A stretch of 30,785 nt of DNA, from positions 1 through 30,785 of the forward strand of contig JAQGDQ010002454.1 of assembly GCA_030141605.1 (NCBI GenBank), written 5' to 3'. The notes under the pieces are model-generated. The model did not search any database. It worked only from the letters and a program-made list of their open reading frames with translations, and was not told the origin of the DNA. This stretch comes from Tubiluchus corallicola. Taxonomy: Eukaryota > Animalia > Priapulida. Below, in pieces: positions 1 through 9,802 of this stretch (positions are counted from its first letter, which is position 1; each line of letters starts with the position of its first letter). Position numbers and translations under genes: made by a program.

Positions 1-1
1 C

Positions 2-193
2 TACAAAATAGCTCAAAATTTATTTTTGACAGGGACACTGTCTTATAGATATACCAAGAGGGGATATAAGGATGTTGTACCAAAAGAAATAGATGACGTG
101 CCAGAGGAAATAGAGGTAGAAAAGCTGATTATGGAAGGAATCATCTTTAATGAGTTTGTTGAAATGAACGTAGGTATTAGAATGAATTTTTAA
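2..193 (+). CDS. Partial (3' end) probable outer-membrane beta-barrel protein
   Basis: Not in the ORF track. Manual translation from position 2 is open: YKIAQNLFLTGTLSYRY...FVEMNVGIRMNF*. Alternating beta-strand pattern and C-terminal Phe are typical of a BAM signal. TAA at 191-193. Confidence 0.6.
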   Translation, partial: YKIAQNLFLTGTLSYRYTKRGYKDVVPKEIDDVPEEIEVEKLIMEGIIFNEFVEMNVGIRMNF

Positions 194-203
194 AGACAAT
201 AAG

Positions 204-1375
204 TTACGAAATCACATTTAACAAAGTGTTTATTTTTAATTCAGTTTCGTAATACTCCTGCTCTGCATCTGATCCATCTGTAATTCCCGCTCCGAATATA
301 GTATGATTTGATTCTGTAGAAGCTCCATACAGCGTATGTTTACAAATATATCAATATTGTTGTTGCCATTAACTGCCCCCAAATAGCCCGTGTAATATCT
401 TCTTTGGTGTCTTTCGTTTTCTTTAATGAACTTGGTAGCAGGCTCTTTTGGCATGCCACATATCGCCGAAGTGGGATGAAGTAGATGCAACATTGTAGAG
501 GCAAGATATGGAAAATATACTGCGTTTAAGTCTGTTTGAAATACGGTTTTTAGATGAGCTAAATTTCCAGCTTTGACAGTTTTAGGTCCCATTTCGATAA
601 ATTCCCTAAGTCGTATGTGCTTAAAGCAATTGATGATATATCGGCTTACCATAGCTTGTTCTTCAATCTCTTTTTGTTTCCAAGAAATATCATTAAGCTC
701 TTGTTTTTCAATGGTTTGAGTTCCCGCAAGTGCTATGGTTTCAAAAATATTGTCTCCATTGACTTTGATAAGATACTCGGGTGAAGCACATATCCATGTG
801 CCGACATCTTTGATAGAAACAACAGAGATAAAAGCGTTAGGATATTTGTTACAAAGGTCATCAAAAACCTCAATAACATTGAAATTTCTAGGCGTTGCGA
901 TGCTCTTGCATTGGCTCAACACCACTTTTTCAAATGCTCCTTTTTTTATCTCTCTTACTGCTTTGTTTACTCCATCAATAAAATCTTTTTTTAGTACATT
1001 TTGTTCTTTTTGCTCTGCGTGGTGATAGGTAGGGGTGCCATTTACAAACTCATTTTTTATCTGCTTTATCTTTTCTGTGTCGCATGTTTTGCTTACCCAT
1101 TCACTTTTTTTATTTTCCAAAAGAGAATACACAGCATCAGCATGCATTATAAGAGATTTTGAAATATCGTTATCTTGAAAAGGGGCAAAGACAAATACAT
1201 TTTTCAAATTCTCTATCTTGATTTTTTGTGTAAAAACACTAAGAGAAAAAAAGACACTAATAAATCTTTTCCTTTTGTTTAGAAGTCTCCACATAGCAGC
1301 ACTCCCTTGCTCATTGATGGCATTGAAAAATTCATTAGAAAAGCTTTCGGGCTTTTTTTTTCCTGTTATAGGCAT
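204..1375 (-). CDS. menF: Isochorismate synthase / chorismate-binding protein (one apparent 1-nt deletion near 292)
   Basis: Motifs KVVLS, ASPE, ALAGT, KEIEEQAMV, LHPTSAICGMP, YYTGYLG, VNIRCM. The conserved end GAGITDGSDAEQEYYETELKINTLLNVIS* lies in a shifted frame ending at 204. Adjacent to a hotdog thioesterase. Confidence 0.85.
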
Positions 1376-1785
1376 TTTTTATCTTTTATCATGGTAGTTA
1401 TCCTGCTGATACATATCAGTTCATCGACGCTATTGCTGATTCTAACTTCCCATAAATGAATAGTTTTTCCTGTTTTTATTGGTTTTACAGTAGCAAACAC
1501 ATTTTCCCCTTCATTGACGCTTTTTACGTGGTGGGCATTAATTTCAATACCTACACATGCCTTTTGTTCTCCTACCAAAATGTTGGACGCCACGCTTCCT
1601 AATGTTTCTGCCAACACCCTGAGTATAGCTCTGTAAGGATGTATGGTCTTGCTATTTACAGGCATTTTTGCCGTAATATAATACTTGCCAACCTCTATGT
1701 ATTCAATTTCTAAAAACTCTACAATCGTGTTGCGACTTGTGTTGTTGAGTTGTTTTATATCTGTGTTTTCAAACATTTTTTTCAT
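1366..1785 (-). CDS. menI: Hotdog-fold thioesterase, MenI/YdiI-like (DHNA-CoA hydrolase); HGG motif missing
   Basis: MPV...P, LAETLGS, VGIEINAHH, GKTIHLWEVRI, ISRIT; overlaps the menF start. Start may be ATG at 1776. Confidence 0.75.
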   Translation of the reverse strand: MKKMFENTDIKQLNNTSRNTIVEFLEIEYIEVGKYYITAKMPVNSKTIHPYRAILRVLAETLGSVASNILVGEQKACVGIEINAHHVKSVNEGENVFATVKPIKTGKTIHLWEVRISNSVDELICISRITTMIKDKKCL

Positions 1786-1790
1786 TTTCC

Positions 1791-1798
1791 CAAATATA
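1791..1798 (-). promoter_or_regulatory. Bacteroidota -7 promoter element for menI-menF
   Basis: CAAATATA on + reads TATATTTG on -, matching TAnnTTTG, directly upstream of the ORF. Confidence 0.55.
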
Positions 1799-1840
1799 CG
1801 CTATTTTTAAAGAATTTTTTAAATTCATAAGTATAATTTT

Positions 1841-2617
1841 ATGAAATTGTACTATCTTGTGAGAGGTATAAAACACATCAAAAAATTGAAAAAAGCGAAC
1901 GTAAAGAAAGGAAAATTATTTTTAATCCCTACTCCCATAAGTGAAAATACAATAGATTTAGCTGTGCCTACTCTGGTCAAGCGACTTATTGGCTCAACAA
2001 GTATTTATTTAGTGGAAAATGTTAGAACGGCAAGGCGGTTTATTAGTGCCTTGAAACTAAACATAGATATTTCAAGGCTGCACTTTGAAGTATTAAATAA
2101 AGACACCAGCAAGAAAGAGTTGCCTTCTATTATGTCGCCACTGTTTCAGGGTAAAAATGTTGGTTTGATGTCTGAAGCGGGGCTTCCCTGTGTTGCTGAT
2201 TCGGGAAATATAGCGGTGGAGTATGCACATCTACATGATATAGAAGTAGTTCCCTTAGTGGGAGTGTCATCTATATTTATGGCATTGGCAGCATCAGGAT
2301 TAAATGGGCAAAACTTTGTTTTTCATGGCTATTTGCCTATTCAGGAGAATAAGTTGGCTGTAAAGATTAGGCAAATGGAGCGCAATAGTTGCAGAAATTT
2401 ATACTCTCAAGTTTTTATAGAGACTCCATATCGTAATGAAAAAATCTTTAAGAAATTGCTTGAAATTTGCTCTGAAAATATGCTGTTATGTGTTGGTAGG
2501 GATGTAACAGGTAAAAGTGAGTTGATAAAAACAAAAACTATCGCTCAATGGAGAAAGCTAGATGTTGATTTGCATAAAATCCCTGCCGTCTTTATACTAT
2601 GTGCAAGGCATAACTAA
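1841..2617 (+). CDS. RsmI-like SAM-dependent methyltransferase (tetrapyrrole methylase family)
   Basis: GKLFLIPTPI, VENVRTARRF, GLMSEAG.P.VAD.G, VPLVG.SSI.MALAASGLNGQNF.FHGYLP, FIETPYRN. The true start may be TTG at 1886. Confidence 0.85.
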   Translation: MKLYYLVRGIKHIKKLKKANVKKGKLFLIPTPISENTIDLAVPTLVKRLIGSTSIYLVENVRTARRFISALKLNIDISRLHFEVLNKDTSKKELPSIMSPLFQGKNVGLMSEAGLPCVADSGNIAVEYAHLHDIEVVPLVGVSSIFMALAASGLNGQNFVFHGYLPIQENKLAVKIRQMERNSCRNLYSQVFIETPYRNEKIFKKLLEICSENMLLCVGRDVTGKSELIKTKTIAQWRKLDVDLHKIPAVFILCARHN

Positions 2618-2647
2618 ATAGAATTTTTGTTTGTCATAAGAAAGTAT

Positions 2648-2655
2648 TATCTTTG
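2648..2655 (+). promoter_or_regulatory. Bacteroidota -7 promoter element
   Basis: TATCTTTG about 30 nt before ATG 2687, with TTTG at 2626-2629 as a possible -33 element. Confidence 0.55.
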
Positions 2656-2686
2656 GTAAAAACCAAAAAGTAATAAAAGAGATATT

Positions 2687-3217
2687 ATGGAAAAATTTTC
2701 AGAATCATTGATGGATTTGCTAAAAATTGTTTTGCCGTCTGTTATTGTTCTATATGCAATGTACATTACTATTCGTTCACTTGTTATTAAAGAGACAAAT
2801 GCAAAAATGATAGATAAAAAGGCAGAGTCTAATAAAGTTATTTTTTCCGCAAAATTACAAGCCTTAGAAAGAATGTGCTTGTTTTTAGAGCGAATACGCC
2901 CCATTAATTTGTTGACGAGGGCAAGTGATAATAAGATGTCTTCGCGACAAATGCAACAGTTGTTAACTCATCAAATCAGAGAAGAGTTTAGCCATAATTT
3001 TTCACAACAATTGTATTTAGAAGAGCAAACGTGGGAGGTGATAAAAAGTGCAGTGGAAGAGCTGATAGGGATTATTAATGCCAGTGCAGAGAGTTTAAGT
3101 GATAAAGCAAAAGGTGTAGAATTGAAAAAACAAATAATCATTCAGGCGGCAAATAAAGAGAACGATTTGATAATGTTAGGCCTGTCAATGTTAAAACAAG
3201 AAATGAAAATCGTGTGA
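2687..3217 (+). CDS. Conserved hypothetical protein with N-terminal membrane anchor
   Basis: N-terminal hydrophobic helix; KLQALERMCLFLERI and IREEFSHNFSQQLY resemble a Bacteroidota-conserved uncharacterised family. Confidence 0.8.
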   Translation: MEKFSESLMDLLKIVLPSVIVLYAMYITIRSLVIKETNAKMIDKKAESNKVIFSAKLQALERMCLFLERIRPINLLTRASDNKMSSRQMQQLLTHQIREEFSHNFSQQLYLEEQTWEVIKSAVEELIGIINASAESLSDKAKGVELKKQIIIQAANKENDLIMLGLSMLKQEMKIV

Positions 3218-3323
3218 AAGACATTAAATAAACTTAGAATTATTTGGAATTGTCAAAAGATGGGTGTTTATTTGGATATAAACAGTAATAAACTTATTAT
3301 AGATAAGATAAATTAACATAGGT

Positions 3324-3677
3324 ATGGCGGAAGAAACAAAACATGATGGGAGAACAGAAATTTACTCCCAAAAAATTAGAGCAGGTAAAAGGACTTATTT
3401 CTTTGATGTGAAGTCAACACGCTCAAATGATTATTATCTTACAATTACAGAGAGTAAGAAGAAATTTAAAGACGATTCGGAGAGTTATTTTGAAAAGCAC
3501 AAAATTTTTCTATATAAAGAAGATTTTGGCAAGTTTGTAACTGCTTTGCAAGAGACTGTTGAGCACATAAAAAAGGAATTGTTATCAGATGTAGATTTTT
3601 CAAAATTTGATGAGAAAAAAGAAGAAGGTAGTGGTTCTTTTGATTCAAAATTTGATGACGACCTTAAATGGGAATAA
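3324..3677 (+). CDS. PUR-family DNA/RNA-binding protein (DUF3276)
   Basis: EIYSQKIRAGKRTYFFDVKSTRSNDYYLTITESKK and EKHKIFLYKEDF are hallmark motifs; acidic tail. Confidence 0.9.
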   Translation: MAEETKHDGRTEIYSQKIRAGKRTYFFDVKSTRSNDYYLTITESKKKFKDDSESYFEKHKIFLYKEDFGKFVTALQETVEHIKKELLSDVDFSKFDEKKEEGSGSFDSKFDDDLKWE

Positions 3678-3682
3678 AGTAT

Positions 3683-3730
3683 AAAAAAGGCCTTTTTAAA
3701 ATTCCAAAAAGGCCTTTTTAAAGGTTTTTT
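3683..3730 (+). terminator. Probable intrinsic terminator formed by two copies of a 14-bp palindrome
   Basis: AAAAAGGCCTTTTT at 3684-3697 and 3706-3719, just after the stop at 3677, followed by AAAGGTTTTTT. Confidence 0.55.
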
Positions 3731-3736
3731 CATTAT

Positions 3737-3925
3737 ATGTCTAAGTCGAACAAAAAGAAAATATTAACTTATTTTATTGGAGCTATTTTAGGAGGCATAG
3801 GAGGCTTTATTTATTGGTATTTTTGGGGATGTGACGAAGTTTGTACCATCAAATCAGAAGTGGGTATGTTGGTTCCTTATGGAAGTATTATAGGAATATT
3901 AGTTGTGAAGCTTTTTTTTAAATGA
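3737..3925 (+). CDS. Small membrane protein (DUF6132-like)
   Basis: Two Gly-rich hydrophobic helices flanking a GCxxxC.IKS loop (GAILGGIGGFIYWYFWGCDEVCTIKS). Confidence 0.75.
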   Translation: MSKSNKKKILTYFIGAILGGIGGFIYWYFWGCDEVCTIKSEVGMLVPYGSIIGILVVKLFFK

Positions 3926-3950
3926 TAGAACTATGTTGAAAATCAAACTT

Positions 3951-5291
3951 TTATCTCTTAAACTTCAAAGGCATACCAATACCACTATTAACTAAAATTT
4001 CTCCATGTTTATATGCTAAATTGCCAGACACAATGGTATGTGTTACGGCGTAATCAAATGTTGTTTGTTCGAAAGGCGACCAATTGCATTTATATAAAAT
4101 ATTTTTCTTATTTACAGTGTACTTTTGATTGTTGGCAACAATAACAATATCAGCCCAGTATCCTTCCTCTAAAAAACCCCTTTTATCAATATTGAAAATA
4201 ACAGCAGGATTATGGCACATTTTTTCAACAATTGTTTCTATGCTTATTTTATTTTGATGGTACAGTTCTAACATTGCTTGCAAACCATGCTGTACCAATG
4301 CTCCTCCCGAAGGGGCATTTAAATAATTATTTTCCTTTTCCTTTAGTGTGTGAGGTGCGTGGTCGGTGGCAATAATATCAATTTTATTAGAGAGAACGGC
4401 ATCAAGAATGGCCTGTTTATCTCGTTGGGTTTTTATGGCAGGGTTCCACTTTATAAAGTTGCCCTTTTCTTTATAATCCCTATCATCAAACCACAAATGG
4501 TGTATGCACGCCTCAGCTGTTATTTTTTTTTCTTTTAACGGGAGGGCATCATCAAACAGTTCTAATTCCTTTGCTGTAGATATATGTAATAGGTGTAACT
4601 TAGTATTAAATTTTTTTGCCAATGCAACTGCCTTAGAAGAAGAAAGATAACAAGCTTTTTCGCTTCTAATTTTAGGATGCAAGTCAGTTGGAATATTGTC
4701 GCCATAGATACTTTTATAATGGGCAATATTATTTTTAATTGTTGTTTCGTCTTCACAATGGACTGCAATGGGAAGCTCTACTTGAGAAAAAATCGCCTCT
4801 AATGTTTTTACATCATCCACTAACATATCACCAGTAGATGAACCCATAAATATTTTTACCCCACAAACATTTTGTTTGTCAGTTTTTAATAATTCATCAA
4901 GGTTGTTGTTGGAAGCACCAATATAGAAAGAGAAATTCGCAAAAGATTTTTTGGATGCAATATCAAATTTTTCTTGTAATAATTTTTGAGTTAGCGTTTG
5001 TGGAATAGTGTTAGGCATTTCCATAAAAGAAGTAACCCCCCCTGAAATTGCTGCACAAGATTCGGTAAAGATGTCTCCTTTATGTGTTAATCCTGGTTCT
5101 CTGAAATGTACTTGGTCGTCGATTATTCCAGGCAAAATGTATTGATTTTTAGCATTGATAACTATATCTGCATGAAGATGAGAAAGAGAGGGGGAAATTT
5201 TATCAATGATGCTGTTTTTTATAAAAATATCTCTCTCTTTTATGCTATTTTTATTTACAATTTTCCCATTGAGAATTAATATTGTTTTCAC
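3951..5291 (-). CDS. pyrC: Dihydroorotase
   Basis: LPGIIDDQVHFREPG, EMPNT, KIFMGSSTG, HCEDE, IKWNPAIK, IATDHAPH; GTG start. Confidence 0.93.
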   Translation of the reverse strand: MKTILILNGKIVNKNSIKERDIFIKNSIIDKISPSLSHLHADIVINAKNQYILPGIIDDQVHFREPGLTHKGDIFTESCAAISGGVTSFMEMPNTIPQTLTQKLLQEKFDIASKKSFANFSFYIGASNNNLDELLKTDKQNVCGVKIFMGSSTGDMLVDDVKTLEAIFSQVELPIAVHCEDETTIKNNIAHYKSIYGDNIPTDLHPKIRSEKACYLSSSKAVALAKKFNTKLHLLHISTAKELELFDDALPLKEKKITAEACIHHLWFDDRDYKEKGNFIKWNPAIKTQRDKQAILDAVLSNKIDIIATDHAPHTLKEKENNYLNAPSGGALVQHGLQAMLELYHQNKISIETIVEKMCHNPAVIFNIDKRGFLEEGYWADIVIVANNQKYTVNKKNILYKCNWSPFEQTTFDYAVTHTIVSGNLAYKHGEILVNSGIGMPLKFKR

Positions 5292-5551
5292 TTAAATTTT
5301 ACATTTGTAATGTGTTACCAAAAATTAAAAACTTATTTTATGCAGTAAAGGTCGTTTTTTTTATGTAAATAGCCAAAAAGCAATATACCCAATTTAAATA
5401 TGTAGTAATAATAATCCCGCATAAAAATTAAAATTCTATTTTTTGTGTATTATGTTTTATTTATTATCTTGCTATTCTTTTGCAAAAAGAAAAAAGCAAA
5501 ATAATGTTTTTACAATTGATTATAAAAAAAACAAAATAACTTTATAAAATT

Positions 5552-6775
5552 ATGAACGGAGAAAATTACTATTCAAAATGAAAAACTAAATGTTCCTAAT
5601 TGTCCAGTTATACCTTTTATGAAGGAGATGGAATAGGAGTTGATATTTGGCCTGCTTCTCAGCTTGTGTTTGACGCAGCCGTTGAAAAAGCATATAAAGG
5701 ACAAAGAAAAGTTGTGTGGAAAAGTGTTTTAGCGGGAGAAAAATCATATGAGCAGACAAAAGACTGGTTGCCCGAAGAAACTTTAAATACTTTTAAAAAA
5801 TACTTAGTAGGAATAAAAGGACCTCTTACAACGCCTGTTGGAGGAGGGATTAGGTCTTTGAATGTTGCATTAAGGCAAAAGTTAGATTTGTATGCCTGTG
5901 TTAGACCCGTAAAATGGTACAAAGGAACGCCATCTCCTGTAAAAGATCCTAGTAAAACAGACATGGTTATTTTTAGAGAAAACACGGAAGATATATATGC
6001 TGGAATAGAGTTTAAAGAAGGGACACATGATGCAAAGGTCATTAGTGATTTTTTAGAAACAAAATTTCCTGACCGCTTTAAAAAAGTAAGATTTCCTCAA
6101 ACTGCTGGCTATGGCTTGAAGCCCGTTTCTCTTGAAGGAACGAAAAGATTGGTAATGGCTGCTATAGACTATGCCATTGCATCTAAAAGAGATTCTGTTA
6201 CTTTGGTGCATAAAGGAAATATAATGAAGTTTACAGAAGGAGCGTTTAGAGATTGGGGATACTCCATTGCTAAAAAAAACTATGGAGCGCAAGACTATGA
6301 AGGAGGGCCGTGGCAAATTTTAGAAAAAGATGGACACAAAGTAATTATCAAGGATGTAATAGCAGATGCATTTTTACAGCAAATTCTTACTCGCCCCGCT
6401 GAGTATTCAGTAATAGCGACATTAAACTTGAATGGGGACTATATATCAGATGCGTTGGCTGCTATTGTTGGTGGAATTGGTATTGCACCGGGTGCTAATA
6501 TTAATTACAAAACAGGGCATGCTATCTTTGAAGCAACGCATGGAACCGCACCGAAATATGCAGGAAAAGACAAGGTAAATCCTGGATCTGTAATACTATC
6601 AGGAGCTATGATGTTTGAATATATGAAGTGGCAAGAGGCAGCAGACTTAATATATAAAGGCTTGGAAAAGGCGATTATTTCAAAGAGAGTGACATATGAT
6701 TTTGAAAGATTGATGGAGGGAGCTACTTTATTGAAATGTTCAGAGTTTGGCAAAGAAATTGTTAAAATTATGTAG
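5552..6775 (+). CDS. icd: NADP-dependent isocitrate dehydrogenase (two apparent indels in the first 70 nt)
   Basis: [75 protein letters not shown]-terminus reconstructs as MNGE-(K)[18 protein letters not shown](I)-EGDG from ATG 5552; the ORF track gives 5600. Confidence 0.93.
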
Positions 6776-6796
6776 TTATTGATAAACAAGGAATAT

Positions 6797-8591
6797 TTAC
6801 ATTCTTTCAGGCACTTCTATTCCGAGCAACTGCATGGCTGATTTTATTACAATTGCTGTTGTTTCGGAGAGTGCTACTCTAAAGTTTCTTGTTTCTTTGT
6901 TTTTCTCATTAAAAATAGAGCATTCGGTGTAGAACCTATTGTACTCTTTGGCTAACTCATATACATATTGAGCGATTATAGACGGAGAAAACTCCTTCGC
7001 GGCATCCAGTATAGCATCAGAAAAGTTATTTAATAAGAATATAAGCTGAATTTCAACACTTTGCAATTTGTTTGAATTGGCAGTAGAGAGTTGAGAGGTT
7101 TCTATTTCAAGTTGCTTTGCTTTGCGTAGAATAGAAGAAATGCGAGCAAATGTATATTGAATGAAAGGTCCTGTGTCTCCTTGAAACTGTATTGAATTTT
7201 GAGGATGAAACAATATCCTTTTCTTTGTATCTACCTTTAATAAAAAGTATTTTAACGCTCCCAAACTCAAAGTAGAGTAGAGTTTATCAGCTTCTTCAGA
7301 ACTAAAATCGTCTATTTTACCCAACTCCATTGTATGCTTTTTTGCCACCAAATACATTTCACCTAATAAGTCATCAGCATCTATTACCGTACCTTCTCTT
7401 GATTTCATTTTTCCATCAGGAAGATCTACCATGCCATAGGAGAGGTGGTAGATATTTTTAGCATATTTCCTTCCCAATTTTTTTAATATCAAACGCAATA
7501 CTTTAAAATGATAGTTTTGTTCATTACCTACAACATAGACAGACTTATCAAAATTAAAATCATTAAATCTTGCATCTGCTGTGCCCAAATCCTGAGTCAT
7601 ATATACAGATGTGCCGTCTCCACGTAGCAGCAATTTTTCATCAAGCTTGTCTTCTGCCAAGTCTATCCAAACAGAGTTATCTTCTTTTTTATAAAACACA
7701 CCCTTGTCTAATCCCTCTTCAATAATGCATTTTCCTAGCAAATAAGTATCTGACTCATAATAATATTTATCAAAACTGATGCCTGTCTTTTTATAAGTTT
7801 TATTAAAGCCATCATACACCCATTGGTTCATTGTCCTCCAAAGCTCTCTTATTTTTTCATCTGTACTTTCCCATTTTCTCAATACATCTTGTGCTTCCTT
7901 TAAAATGGGAGCTTCTTTTTCTGCAATTTCTTTGCTCTTTCCCTCTTTAATAAGGATATTCACTTCCTTTTTATACTCGCTATCAAATTTGACATAATAT
8001 TTTCCCACCAACTTATCGCCTTTTATGTTGCTGCTTTCAGGCGTTTCGTTGTCACCAAATTTTTGATATGCGACCATAGACTTGCAGATATGTATGCCTC
8101 TGTCATTAATTAAATTTAAAGCATGTGTTTGATAGCCAGAGGCTTTTAATATTCTTGTAAGCGAGTCACCTAAAAAATTGTTTCTTAAATGCCCAAGATG
8201 TAGGGGCTTATTAGTATTGGGGGAGGAGTATTCGATAATGATAGTTTGATTGTTTTTTTGGTGTTTTCCTAAGTTATTTTGGTTGTCTTTCATTTTTAGG
8301 AATATTTGCCACCATGCTTTTTTTGAAATAATTGAGATTTAAAAAGCCTTGTATTACATTGAAACTTTCAATAAATTCAAGGTTTTCCTTTAGGTGCTTA
8401 CCTATTATATTGGCAACATATTCTGGCTTTTTTTGAAAATGTAATAAATAAGGAAAAACCACAAATGTATAGTTTCCTTCAAACTCCTTTCGGGTGGGGC
8501 TTAATAGCGTTTCATCAATGGGCAATGCAAGATTAAGTTTTTGCGAAAAAAAAGAAGAAATAGATGCTATGATTTTCTTTTTTATATTCAT
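6797..8591 (-). CDS. argS: Arginine--tRNA ligase (split into two ORFs by one apparent frameshift near 8330)
   Basis: N-terminal ORF has TRKEFEGNYT and GFLNL. C-terminal ORF has EYSSPNTNKPLHLGHLRN (HIGH-like), KMKSREG (KMSK-like), GDTGPFIQY and LLGIEVPERM. Confidence 0.93.
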
Positions 8592-8696
8592 TTTTTTGCC
8601 GAAGTTGTGATATTATAAATTAAAGCAAACTAATACAAAAGAAACAAAAAACTCAATAAATCAAGAGATTAGTGGTTTTTTTTACAAAGATAAGAT

Positions 8697-8704
8697 TATA
8701 TTTG
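8697..8704 (+). promoter_or_regulatory. Bacteroidota -7 promoter element for apbE-aroB
   Basis: TATATTTG; its position favours ATG 8740 over 8713 as the apbE start. Confidence 0.55.
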
Positions 8705-8712
8705 TAAAAAAA

Positions 8713-9780
8713 ATGCTTTCAAGAAAATTATTTAGAATAATGAAACATAGAAGAATACTTATTGTATCTATTTTGGTGCTGCTGACTTTATTTGCACTCA
8801 ATCATTTGTTGAGGAAAAAGCATTATTTAATAAAACTCCATGGGGTTACTATGGGGGCAATACAGTATAACATTACTTACTTAGATGATGAAAATAGAAA
8901 TTTTTATTATCAAATAGATTCCATATTAATAGATTTCAACCAATCGTTGTCTACTTACATTCCTGAATCGGAAATCTCTCAATTTAACCAAGCAGATTCT
9001 TGTTATACCCTCAAACGTCCATATTTTTATGAAGTGTTAAAGAGCAGTAAAGAAGTATACGACGCTACGAGTGGGGCGTTTGACCCTACTGTGGGTGATT
9101 TAATAAATTTATGGGGATTTGGAAGTGGTTCTATAGGCGCTGTTCCTGATAGTAGTGAGATTAGTGAATTAAGAAAATATATAGGCTTTGATAAGTTATA
9201 TTTTAATGAGGATCTTTTGTGTAAAGAGAACAAAAATATTACGCTGGATTTTAGTGCCGTTGCCAAAGGTTATGCAGTTGATGTAGTTGCGGGTTATTTA
9301 AAAAGTAAAGAAGTGAAAAATTTCTTAGTAGAGATAGGAGGAGAGGTGCTTTGTTCAGGACATAACTATGAGGAAAATCCTTGGAGAATGGGAATAGAGA
9401 AGCCTAGCCTAAATATTTTTGAAAAGAAATTTTTTGCTATTGCAAACGTTTCAAATATTGCCATTGCCACGTCAGGTAATTATAAAAATTTTTATGTCAG
9501 GAATGAAAAAATGTTTGTGCACACCCTAAACCCCAAGACAGGGTATCCCATTCAGGGAGATATCCTTAGTGCTTCGGTATTTGCGCCTACTTGTGTTATA
9601 GCTGATGCTTTTGCGACAGGATTTATGGTGTTAGGATTGGAAAAATCAAAAGAAATTTTAAACGAAATGAATAACATAGAGGGGTGCTTAATATATCAGA
9701 ATGAAGATGGAGAGTTAGAAGCTTATATTACAGATGGAGTGAAGGAGCATATAGAGATAGTGGAATTACAAGAAAATTAA
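8713..9780 (+). CDS. apbE: FAD:protein FMN transferase
   Basis: GVTMG, SLSTYIPESEISQFN, GAFDPTVG.L.NLWGFG, DFSAVAKGYAVD, VEIGGE, ATSGNY, H..NPKTGYP, ADAFAT; N-terminal membrane anchor. Confidence 0.93.
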   Translation: MLSRKLFRIMKHRRILIVSILVLLTLFALNHLLRKKHYLIKLHGVTMGAIQYNITYLDDENRNFYYQIDSILIDFNQSLSTYIPESEISQFNQADSCYTLKRPYFYEVLKSSKEVYDATSGAFDPTVGDLINLWGFGSGSIGAVPDSSEISELRKYIGFDKLYFNEDLLCKENKNITLDFSAVAKGYAVDVVAGYLKSKEVKNFLVEIGGEVLCSGHNYEENPWRMGIEKPSLNIFEKKFFAIANVSNIAIATSGNYKNFYVRNEKMFVHTLNPKTGYPIQGDILSASVFAPTCVIADAFATGFMVLGLEKSKEILNEMNNIEGCLIYQNEDGELEAYITDGVKEHIEIVELQEN

Positions 9781-9802
9781 AAATATTGTTTTATTTTAGA
9801 GT

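Noticed and set aside
8713-9780. ApbE as a dedicated part of the keto-glycoside system
   Set aside because: It sits in a unit with aroB, looks like the general flavin transferase serving Nqr/Rnf, and I saw no flavinylation target in the window.
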